64,000 bases of DNA from Azolla caroliniana (GCA_043228905.1 JBHGNT010000005.1:8308001-8372000), one strand, 5' to 3'. Numbered from the stretch's first letter, positions 1-11,715 are shown. Notes: generated by a model from the sequence alone, not told the origin. Program-made: numbers and translations.

Positions 1-190
1 ACTCATGTTAGTGTTTCAGTCTCCGGTGAGGACCGCACATGGTCTCTCACACTCACGTTGGTGTTCCAATCTTCGATGAGGACCGAACATGGTTGCTCAC
101 ACTCACGTTGGTGTCCAGTATCCGGTGAGAACCACACATGGTTGCCCGCGTTCACCCGTGCTCCTATTTCTAGTGAGGAATGTTCATGGT
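1..190 (+). repeat. End of a 48-50 bp tandem repeat array from another copy of the non-coding LTR element family A
   Basis: Near-duplicate of 2867-3057 (GGTGAGGACCGCACATGGTC.CTCAC units); joins gypsy integrase sequence at CATGGTC. Confidence 0.85.
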
Positions 191-1300
191 CCTCAATTTA
201 TCTCTCACTTTTGGAAGCACCTATGGGTAGGCCTCAAAATCTCATGCAAACTCTCTTCGTCTTATCATCCACAAACTAACGAACAAACAAAGCACACAAA
301 TCAAACGCTCGAGCAGTATCTTCGATGCTTCATCAGTTATCACAAGATGATTGGAGTAATATTTTACGTCTTGTTGAGTTTGCATATAACAACACGGTAC
401 ACTCTTCTACCAAAGTTACAACTTTATTTGCCTACACCGGAAACCACTCTTGATGGTGTATCTTGGATCTTCCCAAGGTGTCACAAAACCCTAGTGCAGC
501 GCATCACCTCCACCGACTATAACAAATCCAGTTTGAGTTATGTTCACATCTTTAGAAAGCTCAAGCACACCATAAGACCAATGTAGATCGGCATCATCTT
601 AAGTCTCCTTTTAAGGTTGGTGATCGAGTATGGTTGCTTCGTCATCACATCAAGAATACCAGACCGTGTGCTAAGCTCGATTATCAATGCTTAGGTGTCA
701 TAGACATGACAACAAGATTTGAACTCTTGACCTCTTATATATAGTCAAGTGTTGTGCTCTAACCAACACATCCAAATATATGGTCATGTTATGTATATCT
801 TAGTAGATTATTAGTAGATTATCTATTTCAAGTTCTAGGAGTTTTTAGAAAGTTCTAGAACTAGAAGGTTCTAGAGGGTTCTAGAATATTCCCCCGAATA
901 TTCTAATGCATGTACTTCGACTCACAGTATAAATACTTGTAACCTCCTTGGTTCCTTTCAAGGGATTCAACACCAGACACTGACATGTCAATCTAGTATT
1001 CTTGTTTAGCCCCATCTTCTCTCCTTGATTTACATCTCTGTCTTTATGCTCTTGTATTGTTCCTAGCATCTTAAGTTCCTCATCTCATTGCTCCCAACTC
1101 CCCGAGTTTCTATCCCCATCACTTCGAGTTCCACGTTTGTAACCTTATCGGTTGTAGCCTCGTCATTTGTACTTTGTCGTAGTCTAGGGTTGGTGTGTCC
1201 GTCACAGTTTGAATCCCTTCCAACTAGAAGCATTACCCATCTTCGTCATCTCCTGTGCTTCTAGAGTTATCATCGTTACTGTCATTGGTTCTAGAGTTAC

Positions 1301-1348
1301 TGTCGTGAATTGAGAATAGGAGAGAGAAAAATAAGATGACAGTAGAAG

Positions 1349-1409
<61 letters not shown>

Positions 1410-1809
1410 ACACTAGAAATGGAAAGAGAGTTTATATTATAAGAGAGCAAGGATTACAAAGAGTAGGCTAAGGGGCTACAAACTGGTGTTGAACCGAATG
1501 AGTTGTGATGAATGAATAGACACCTATTTATAGGTCCTTATGGAGTATTCTAGAATGTTCTAGAATATTTTAGATATTTATGATATTTAATATAATCATG
1601 GAATATCCTAGAATGTTCTAGAATACTCTAGATTGTTCTTGAATACTCTAGAATGTTCTAGAATACTCTAAATGTCTTGTAATAACTAATAATACATTTA
1701 TTATAACTATACATCATATATGTTAGTATAATGGTTAAAGGTCTAACATATAGACCAAGACGTTTTGGGCTTGAATCCTTGAAAGGCCAAAATGTATGTC
1801 GTCATGACA
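1301..1809 (-). mobile_element. Gypsy-type solo LTR inserted in element A
   Basis: TGTCGTGA...TCATGACA termini; TSD GTTAC/TTTAC (1 mismatch); minus-strand TATA, (AG)n tract and TTCTAGAA array like the other LTRs. Confidence 0.8.
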
Positions 1810-2406
1810 TTTACCATCATCAACATCCCTTCGTTTTCTATCTTCCTCGCCATCTCTATCTCTTAGTTTCTTTTTATCATCGTCTTTGTCTTTTCTCTCC
1901 TAGTTTCTTCTCATCATCATCTCTATCTCCTAGTTTTTTCTCATCCTTCACATTTCTATCTCCTAGTTTCTTCTCATCATCATCATCTCTATCTCTGCAC
2001 TTCTTATCATCTTCCACATCCCTATCTTGCATTTTTTGTCATTGTTATCCTTCTCCTTGTGTTTCCTACCGTTTTCATCTCTATCTATGTGTTTCTTATT
2101 ATCTTCGTCACTTTCTCTACGTTTCCTATCACCTTCATCCCTGTCTTTGTGTTTTCTATCATCCTTTGTATATGTGTCTTTGTGTTTCTTCAGAACCTCA
2201 ACACCTCGATCTCTATGTTTCTTATCCTCTTCATCTCTTTCTCCACTTCCATCATTGCCATAGTCAAAATCGTTGCTTCCAAAGTCACTTTGTCAACATC
2301 ATTGCCTTCATTCCTTTGTCTTCGACATCATCATCTTCAACCCTCTTGTTGTCGTCAACAACACTACTTTGCCTAGCCATCATTGTTGTCAAGTGTTCTA
2401 GTTCTC

Positions 2407-3060
2407 GGTGAGGACCGTGCAAGGTTGCTCACATCCATTGGCGTTCGTGTCTCTGATGAGGACCGCACATGGTCGCTCACGCCTGTTGGTGTTCACATCT
2501 CCGGTGAGGACCGTACATGGTCTCTCATGCTCATTGGTGTTCCAGTTCCCAGTGAGGATCACACATGGTCGCTCACGCCCTTTGGTGTTCGCATCTCCGG
2601 TGAGGACCGTACATGGTCTCTCATGCTCGTTGGTGTTCCAGTTCCTAGTGAGGACCGCACATGGTCGCTCATTTCCGTTGGTGTTTGTGTCTCTGGTGAG
2701 GACTGCACATGGTCGCTCACGTCCGTTGGTGTTCTAGTTCCTGGTGAGGACCACACATCGTCGTTCACTCATGTTGGTGTTCCAATCTCCGATGAGGACC
2801 GCACATGGTCGCGCACACTCACGTTGGTGTTCCAGTCTTCGGTGGGGACTGTAGATGGTCACTCACACTCATGTTGGTGTTCCAATCTCCGGTGAGGACC
2901 GCACATGGTCGCTCACACTCACGTTGGTGTTCCAATCTTTGGTGAGTACCGAACATGGTTGCTCACGCTCACGTTGGTGTCCAGTCTCCGGTGAGAACCA
3001 CACATGGTTGCCTGCGTTTACCCGTGCTCCTATTTCTGGTGAGAAATGCTCATGGTCACT
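2407..3060 (+). repeat. Tandem array of about 13 units of 48-50 bp, each containing an inverted repeat
   Basis: Consensus GGTGAGGACCGCACATGGTCGCTCACGTCCGTTGGTGTTCCAGTCTCC; explains the periodic 16-aa ORFs in the ORF track. Confidence 0.95.
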
Positions 3061-3954
3061 CACACCTCAACCGTACTTTGGTTTTCTTTTTCAGCTCTTC
3101 CCTACACCACACTTTCGAAAAGGCGGCTGTAAAGGGGAGGATAATGTCACAAACATGACGACAAGATTTGAACTCTTGACCTCTTGTATATAGAAAAGTG
3201 TTGTGTTCTAACCAACACATCCAAATATATGGTCATGTTTAGATTATTAGTAGATTATCTATTTCAAGTTCTAGGAGTTTTTAGAAAGTTCTAGAACTAG
3301 AAGGTTCTAGAGGGTTCTAGAATATTCTCCCGAATATTCTAATGCATGTACTTCAACTCACAGTATAAATACTTGTAACCTCCATGGTCCACTTCAAGGG
3401 ATTCAACACCAGTCACTGACATATCAATCTAGTATTATTGTTTAGCCCCATCTTCTCTCCTTGATTTACATCTCTATCTTTATGCTCTTGTTGTCAAGAC
3501 TGAGAGAGAGAAAGAGAGAGAAAAAGAGATAGAGAGATAATTGAAAGAGAATTATTATATTGAAGCGTAAAATGGATTACAAATAGTAGGCCACAAAATG
3601 GCGTTGAACCAATTTAGGTTTGGGATGGGTGGTAGATCCCTATTTATAAGTAATAGAGAACACTCTAGAATATTCTAGGTTATCCTAGAATGTAGAGTAA
3701 TCTAGAAGATATCTAGAGTATTCTAGAAGGTTCTAGTGGTATAGAACACTCTAGAATATTCTAGGTCATTCTAGAATGTAGAGTAATATAGAATATTCCT
3801 ATGATATTAGATTTCATATTCTAGAGACTATACATATAAGAATATTAATACAATGGTTAAGGATTTGACATGTGTACAACAAGGTCGTGGGTTCAAATCC
3901 TTTCGAGTCATAATGTGAGTGTCATGATCTTTTCGATGCATGATGTGACTGTTA

Positions 3955-6900
3955 TCATGACACTATCCCCCTTCTTCGACGACACGTCTCACGGGTCGTA
4001 GGGTTTGTATTAGGACCTGGTTTACAAGGATATTGGCGATGAAATGCATTGACGAGTTCTGCAGCATTGGAAAGATTTGTGGCAGGTTCCCAAGTTCGAT
4101 CATTGGGGGTATAGCCTAGCCAATCGACTAAGTAATATAGCTTGTTGCACACGATTTTAGAATTGAGAACGGCAGCAACTTCAAATTCAGGCCCATCCAA
4201 GAACTCGACAGGTGGTGGGGGTGTTGTAAGACGGCCCGGAATTGAACTTGTAGTATAAGGTTCCAAAAGGGATACATGAAACACCGGATGAAGATGCATG
4301 TGCGGAGGGAGGTCAAGACGAAATGCAACATCACTTATCTTACCAGTGATCATGTAAGGGCCAAAACGTTGGTAATCCAATTTACTGCAAGGTCGAGTGG
4401 TCTTGATGTTGTGTTGGAGAAGCCATACATGATCCCCAATGCGGAACTTTTTTGAGGAGTCTAGACGATGACGATCGGCAAGCCTCTTGTGTGTAAATTG
4501 AGCATCGTGCAAATTGTGGAGAATGTTAGCTTGAATTTCTTGGAGGCGACTAAGACGATCCTCGGCAGCAGGGTTGGTAGGAACTTCTGGATGCGCATTC
4601 ATCGTCCACCGAGGATGACAGCCTGTATTTGCGAAAAATGGGGAATATCTTGTAGAAGAATGGGCTGAGTTGTTGTAAGCGAATTCCGCCAAGTGCAAAA
4701 AAACAACCCAATCATCTTGTTGATAGTTGATGAAACAACGAAGATATTGTTCCAATGTCTGGTTGGTACGCTCTGTTTGGCCATTTGTTTCAGGATGATA
4801 GCCCGAAGAAAGCTTAACTGAAATGTGGAGAAGTTTGAACAGGTGCTTCCAAAACTTTGAGATGAATTGTGGACCACGATCACTAATAATATCATCCGTC
4901 AGACCATGATGCTTAAATACCTCCCGCATAACGAGATCAGTCGTCTCTTGACTAGTAATCGACTTTGTACATGGCAAGAAATGTGCCATTTTGGTAAATC
5001 GATCAACCACTATGAGAATTGCATCAAAACCTTTTGAAATTGGGAGATCAGTAATGAAGTCCAAGGATATAGACTTCCAAGGTGTTTCCGGAATGGGAAG
5101 TGGTTGTAGTAAGCCATAGGGTCGGTGACGAGGATTCTTTGATCGACAACATATATCACAACTCCGAACATACTCCTCAACAAAATGATGAAGGCGAGGC
5201 CACCAATAGCGTCGAGAAATTAATTCTAGAGTCTTGTGAACTCCAAAATGACCAGCCATTAGTGAGTCATGGCAATGTTGCAAAACTTGTAGCCATGGGG
5301 GACCATCAGAAACATACAATAAATTTTGTCGAAATAGAAAACCATCATGCCAATAGAACTGACAATAGTCATTACGAGGATTTTTCAACTGTGAGCAAAA
5401 AGCACAATCCGGGACGATATGATCCAAAACATCCTTGGCGAAATCATCAGTGGCCATATGATCTCGAATGGAATCAAGAAGAGTGGAATTTTCAAGAGTT
5501 GTTATGGCGTTAACTACCATTAATCGTAATCGATTAGGACCCAAAAGGATTTGTTTTTGATGCTCAAATGCAAGTTCCCTTGGACGAAGTTCCATATAAG
5601 AGCGCCGAGAAAGAGCATTTGCTTTGCCTTGCTGCATCCCAGGGCGATATATGATGATAAAGTCGAAGTGAGTCAAAAATTGCGCCCACCGGGCTTGTCG
5701 CCGACTCAAGACTCGAGCATTTTGGAAATAAGTCAGGTTCTTATGATCATTGTAGACAATGATCTGTTGAGAAGAACCTTCTAGGAAATGTCGCCATTGT
5801 TGAAACGAATCCACGATTGCAAGAAGCTCTTTGTCATGGATCTCGTAGTTGATCTCTGCAGCTTCAAACTTTTGTGAATGAAAGGCGACAGGGTGTAGTT
5901 GTCCATCATCTCTAGTCTGCGAGAGGACACTCCCTAGTGCAAAATCGGATGCATTGGCTTCGAGGATGAAGCGTTTTGTTGGGTCGACATGTGCTAAGAT
6001 AGGTGCTGTTGTAAATGCTCGTTTTAAGCTTTCAAATGCCTCGATTGCATCTGAACTCCATATAAATAGTTGATCTTTATGTGTGAGCTGAGTAAGCAGA
6101 AGCGCAACCTTGGAATAATCTTTAATAAATTTTCGATAAAAATTTGCAAACCTGAGAAAACATTGCACATCACGCATAAAGGGGCGTTTGCCACTCTAAA
6201 ATTGCTTGTACCTTCATGGGGTCCATAGCAATACCATTTGACGATACAACATACCCCAAAAATTCCACTTGATTCTGGCCGAAACTACACTTTTCTAATT
6301 TTGCGTAGAGACCATATTCTCGGAGTCGGTGCAGTACTTGACGAACATGTTCATCATGCTCCTCTTGGGTCTTTGAGTAGATTAAAATATCATCTAGGTA
6401 AACTATAGTGAAGATATCAAGAAAATCTCGAAAAATATCGTTCGCCATATGTTGGAAAATAGCAGGTGCATTCGTGAGACCAAATGGCATCACTGTATAC
6501 TCAAAATGTCCATAGCGAGTGCGGAAAGCTATCTTCCATTCATCCCCCAGGCGAATCCGAACTAGATTATATGCTTCGCGAAGGTCCAACTTCGTGAAAT
6601 ATTTTGCACCGCTGAGACGTTCCAAAAGATTCGGGATTAATGGTAGAGCATATCTATTTCGGATAGTCACTTTGTTTAGCCCTCGATAATCCACGACCAA
6701 CCGAAGAGTCCCATTCTTCTTCTTAACGAAGAAGATAGGTGCACCAGCAGGGGATCTAGAATGCCGAATGAATCCGTTTGCCAGATTCTCATCAATATAT
6801 TCCCGCAAAGTCTCTAGCTCTACAGGGGAGAGATTATAAATTGGGCCCCATGGAGGTTCTTTCCCTCGTTGTAAGTCAATAGGGCAGTCGTATGGCCGAT

Positions 6901-7460
6901 GCTCCGGCAATGTATTGGCCTTCACCTTATCAAAGACATCTGAAAACTCCTTGTATTTCTCTGGTAGTTTAATATCCGCTTCACGTGAAGTGGATGATGG
7001 AGTTGCTATTATTGCGAAGACAAACATGGCCTCGTTCCCCCCTTCCTCCCGCAACTGTCGTAAAGAGATGGGCGATAACTCCGGGGATCTATTAGCACAT
7101 GTAGGAGAGAGGGATGCGGGATTTGTGCTTTTTTCCCGGGTCTCCTCAATTGTTCTTTTCATCCAATCAATCTTCGGGTTATGGAGTTCAAACCAGGGGA
7201 GACCTAGAACTATTGGGTGGTCCGGACTACGGATAATATTGAAAGAGATTATGCTTGCCAAATTGCCAAGAACTATCCTAATTGGCTCGGACTCCTCGAC
7301 TATATCTCCTGATGCTATGGGACGTCCATCAATGACTCCTACGGCTACTGGGCTAGGAAGCTTATTCAAGAGGATGTTTTGTGACAAGGCAAATTCACGA
7401 TCCATGAAACAAGAGTTGGCTCCAGAATCTAGAAGGGCAGAGGCTAGGAGTCGATGACAT
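3955..7460 (-). pseudogene. Element B pol (protease, RT, RNase H, integrase, chromodomain), frameshifted near 6175
   Basis: LLDSGANS protease motif near 7420; YLDD; RNase H EANASD and KANALSR; HHCC zinc-binding motif; ISLDFITDLP; GPY; chromodomain YLVDWLGY..DRTWEP. Confidence 0.92.
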
Positions 7461-7739
7461 GTAGATGTGGTAAGCTCGACTTGTGCTGAAAAAACTCAAC
7501 TCACTTGATTTGATGAAATGGAACCACGACTAGGAACTAACTCTACATAGCTAGGATGGTCCAGCCAAATGGCTCCAATTTTGGCTAAACTTACTCGTTT
7601 AACACATCCTCTAATTGACTCAAGACATCGAATCTATTCTCATGACATGGACTATGAGGCTTATTTATGTTATTAGAAGTAACAATAGAACTCGATGTAG
7701 GGTTTTCATGGGCACTTACTTGGTATACTTGACGCCTAG

Positions 7740-8715
7740 GTTTATGTGGACAATTTACAGCTACATGTCCTGGACTGCCACAATACAGGCAGAAGCGATG
7801 CGCTCAACGTCGTTGCTTCTCAGCATCTGATAACGGCCCACGACGTTGTGTTGACTCTATTTCCATCGGAGTTGGGTCATCCCTTGTAATGGGTCTAGAA
7901 ACTTGTGGAGGCGTTGCGACTACGGAAGCGTAAGTCTGCTCAGGTTGGCGGCGTAACATTTGTTGGCGCTCAGAACGTTGCTCAAATAGGCGATTATCAC
8001 ATTGCACAGCTCGACTAATGGCTTCTGTAAGTGACTTCGGATCTTCAGGGAAAGTAAGAAGAAGATCTTTGACATCATTTCTCAAACCTTGACGGAATTG
8101 ATCCATTAAAGTTGCCTCATCCCAAGGGATATCGCATGCCAAGAGACGGAACTCGGCTACATAAGATGACGCGGGACGATCTCCTTGTCGGAGCCTTCGA
8201 ATCTTGTTTATCGCTGTCCTAGTGTTGTCGGTGTCTCCGAAACTAGCTTGAAACTCTTTAACAAATGCCTCGAAATCCTCCAGCAATGGCAATTTCTTCT
8301 CGAGAAGTGGTGCGAACCATGCTAATGCCATACCGCATAGCAAAGTTCCCACTAATCCCACACAAGCAGCATCAGTTGGATACCGATTGGGATGTAGCTG
8401 AATAACTAGACGAACTTGATTCAGAAAGCCTCGAAATAAAGACCTCGTACCATCAAACTTGGCAGGGAGGCTGATCTTTGGCTCATTAGGGGAGTTCTGA
8501 GCCCCCGACGCTTGCTCTCGTGATGACAATATAGTCGCCTCAAGTTGATGAACCTGCTGTGATAACTCTTCATATTGTTGAGCTTTTTCGGCGCTCACGT
8601 GTTGTAGATCTCCAAGTAGCCTTTGATTCTCATGCTCTAATGCCACAAATTTATTCGTGAGCATGTCGAGCTCAGAAAGAACACGCATGTATTCTTGTTT
8701 GCTCACAGACTCCAT
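7740..8715 (-). CDS. Element B gag; stop at 7804 lies before the CCHC knuckle
   Basis: EPKISLPAKFDG and LRQGDRPASSY retrotransposon gag motifs, PTPMEI; CLYCGSPGHVAVNC downstream at about 7750-7792. Confidence 0.88.
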
Positions 8716-10623
8716 AGCTTATGAGGGGAGAGGAGAAGGAAGAAGAGAACTTGTTAGGGTTTGTGGAAGACGAAGAGATGAAAGGAAAAAAATTGGTTCA
8801 AACTGTCAAGACTGAGAGAGAGAAAAAGAGAGAAAAAGAGATAGAGAGATAATTGAAAGAGAATTATTATATTGAAGCGTAAAATGGATTACAAAGAGTA
8901 GGCCACAAAATGGCGTTGAACCAATTTAGGTTTGGGATGGGTGGTAGATCCCTATTTATAAGTAATAGAGAACACTCTAGAATATTCTAGGTTATCCTAG
9001 AATGTAGAGTAATCTAGAAGATCTCTAGAGTATTCTAGAAGGTTCTAGTGGTATAGAACACTCTAGAATATTCTAGGTCATTCTAGAATGTAGAGTAATA
9101 TAGAATATTCCTATGATATTAGATTTCATATTCTAGAGACTATACATATAAGAATATTAATACAATGGTTAAGGATTTGACATGTGTACAACAAGGTCGT
9201 GGGTTCAAATCCTTTCGAGTCATAATGTGAGTGTCATGATCCTTTCGATGCATGATGTGACTGTTATCATGACACTTGTATTGTTCCTAGCATCTTAAGT
9301 TCCTCATCTCGTCGCTCCCAACTTCCTGAGTTTCTATCCCCATCATGTCGAGTTCCACGTTTGTAACCTTATCAGTCATAGCCTCGTCATCTATGCTTTG
9401 TCGTAGTCTAGAGTTGGTGTGTCCATGACATTAGGTCCTTTTGTCATTACAATGCGGATTAGTAATGCAACATTTCGTCTTAACCCAATCTTTCATAGCT
9501 TTCGTTTTGAACCTTGCCGCACCTCTTTAATTCCTAATCGTGTCGTGCCATCTCCTCCTTCTGTCAACTTGTTGACGGCCCCGAAGACGAGGTAGCTGCT
9601 ATAATTCTCAATTCTAAGATTGTGCGCAATAAGCTTTATTATCTAGTTGATTGGCTTGGCTATCCTCCGAGTGATCGCACTTGGGAACTTGTCGATAATG
9701 TTTATAATGCTCAAGCTCTTGTTGACAACTTCCATCGCCACTATCCAAACAAACCCGACCCTACAATGTTAATGCCGACTTCCACTCATCATTCTCGAAG
9801 GAGGGATAGTGTCATGAACACGTGACCATTATGGCATTACCCGGACTTGAACCTAGGACCTTGTAATCCATAATTGAAAACCCCAACCATGAAGATAGCT
9901 TATTTTCATATGACAGGGTAAAAGCTACTTATTGATTATTGTAAAAACTCTGGATCATCCTAGAATGTTCTAGAATTTCCTAAAATATCTTAGAATATTA
10001 TAGGTCTAGAACATTCTAGAGAACATTATAGAAATCTCTAAGCTATTCTATAGGAACCTATAAATAGTGACATACATGTCTTCTCAAATCAATTTGAATC
10101 AACACTAGTCTTTAACTCTCATTGCCTATCTTGTATCCATTCTCTTCCTCTTTCTACCTTAATACACCCATTCTTCTCTGATCATTTTGTTCCTTTCTTC
10201 TCGTGTTCTCTTATATCCTTCTTCCATCATTCTATCTTTTATTCTTGGTTCTAATACTGGTGGTGTGTCAACCCCGACCACTAGAGAAGGGATGTGAGGA
10301 GTTCCACAACACCCTAAGGTGAAATGTCATTTATTTTGTGGGAAGACAAGACAACCACTGAATTTGAAATGCCGAGGCCATCCACTACTTTGCAATGGCC
10401 TAGCTTTGAGTGAGGAATGAAGCAAGAAGCCAAGATGGGAAGGAGGTTGAGTTCTAGCCATCTATCCTGGGAGCCTTACAAAAGGGAAGCTCTGAAAGTT
10501 CAAAGGAGCAAGCGAACCAAGCAAAGAAGAGGGCCCAAGAGGCGAATTATTACATGTATAACCATAATTGATCATGAGATAGGTTTTCTGTAATTAACAT
10601 TCATCTTCAAGAGTTATACATAA

Positions 10624-11715
10624 TGTTGAGAATCAAACGCAACTTAACCTAGTGTGGGAACACACCCTGAGAATATGTGAAGTGTGTGAACACACCACCA
10701 CTATGTAACAGAACTAATGTGTCATAGGAGTTACATTCTATGACACAGTTATTAAGGTAGTTATGGTTTCCACCCTTTCCCGAGAGAGTGTTTTAGTAAG
10801 AGAATGTTGAGAGAAGGTGACTATATAAGCACCTTCCTCTCTCCTTTTTAGTTGATGGTCGTTATTCAACTTGTGAATATAAAAATTTCTATTTTTCTGT
10901 TTAACTTGTGTTCTTCTTCTCTCTTCTCTATCTCTCTGTCTCACTCACACACACATCTCTAACCTATTTCTGCACAACATAATTACACACGTAATTATTT
11001 ACCTGGTATCATAGCGATCAGTATCCTGATCCAGCCCATCCACATGTGTTCAAGAAGAATTGGCTCATCTGAGAAAGAAGAAGAAAACCCATTTCGACCA
11101 CCATGAATACTCAAATGGGCATCTCACTTCCTAGTGAAAACTAGGATTGAAACAACTTTGCATGTTGGGAATACAAGATGTACCAATACCTTGTCAACCA
11201 AGGCTATTGGAGTTATATCGAAGAAGCACAAAAGGATGAAACCCAACCCAACACACATTGACTATCCAACATGGGAGCAAGCAACAAGTCGAGTGTTGTA
11301 ATGCTTGGCGTCATCTGTTCACGACCACATGTTTGGCTACATTCGAGAGGCCAAGATGCTGAAAGAAGCGTGGGAGAATCCCAACACGATCGCAAGAAAG
11401 CTTCAACTTCGACAAGAGTTGAACAATTTCCAACAGAAGGACATGTCAATTTAGCCACACCTTGAAGATCAAGGAGCTATGTGACTCACTTAGTTCAATC
11501 AACGTGAATGTTGACGACGAAGAAATGGTGCAAATATTATGCCTCGGTGTCCTCGAACCACGGTTCGGCACCATGCGAACTGCTATTCTAGCAAGGGAGA
11601 ATCCTCCATCCTTCTTCAACCTTTAGTCAATGTTGTTGGTCGAAGAAAACTATGTCCAGATGAGGAGCACCACTTTAGAAGGACACATACTCTATTCGCA
11701 CTTGGACGGTGGTAG
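10624..11715 (+). mobile_element. Truncated Ty1/copia: 5' LTR 10624-~11002, tRNA-Met PBS, degenerate gag
   Basis: TGTTGAGA start; TGGTATCATAGC at 11004-11015; disrupted copia gag-like frames from about 11103. Confidence 0.75.

Larger units (their letters stand above)
3492..9274 (-). mobile_element. Full-length, young Ty3/gypsy chromovirus (element B, Tf1/Tcn1-like)
   Basis: 471-bp LTRs at 3492-3962 and 8804-9274 differing at about 4 sites by eye; TSD CTTGT at 3487-3491 and 9275-9279; PPT next to 3963; domain order gag-PR-RT-RH-IN-chromo. Confidence 0.97.
696..9430 (+). mobile_element. Non-autonomous LTR retrotransposon (element A): 5' LTR 696-1206, 3' LTR 3145-9430 split by element B
   Basis: TG..CA LTR pair; TSD TTAGG at 691-695 and 9431-9435; PPT AAAGGGGAGGATAA at 3131-3144. 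Internal region is TC-rich sequence plus a 48-bp array, with no gag/pol. Confidence 0.92.
184..10280 (+). mobile_element. Old degenerate Ty3/gypsy chromovirus (element G), 3' part: integrase 184-695 and 9436-9809, 3' LTR 9810-~10280; split by element A
   Basis: Integrase peptides GPQFISHFWK and SSYHPQTNEQT; KLDYQCLG|PFVI continues across the A insertion; chromodomain LYYLVDWLGYPPSDRTWE; PPT GAAGGAGGGATAG then TGTCA at 9810. The LTR end is approximate. Confidence 0.85.

Noticed and set aside
1731-2411. 226-aa Ser/Phe/Leu-rich ORF
   Set aside because: Low-complexity TC-rich DNA that crosses a solo-LTR boundary; stop codons are rare by composition.
2383-2895. Repeat proteins (SGEDRTWSLT..., also 18969-19465)
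   Set aside because: Open frames in several phases follow from a 48-bp unit; 50-bp variants break the frame and nothing else supports translation.
2407-3060. CRISPR-like array of palindromic repeats
   Set aside because: The intervening sequences are homologous to each other rather than unique spacers, there are no cas genes, and the context is a eukaryotic retroelement.
3846-3900. Functional tRNA genes in the LTRs
   Set aside because: Acceptor and most anticodon stems do not pair and the loop sequences differ between families; reported only as a tRNA-like promoter module.
6915-7457. Antisense ORFs over pol and LINE ORFs (also 5082-5513, 22892-23299)
   Set aside because: Shadow frames of coding sequence on the other strand, with no motifs.
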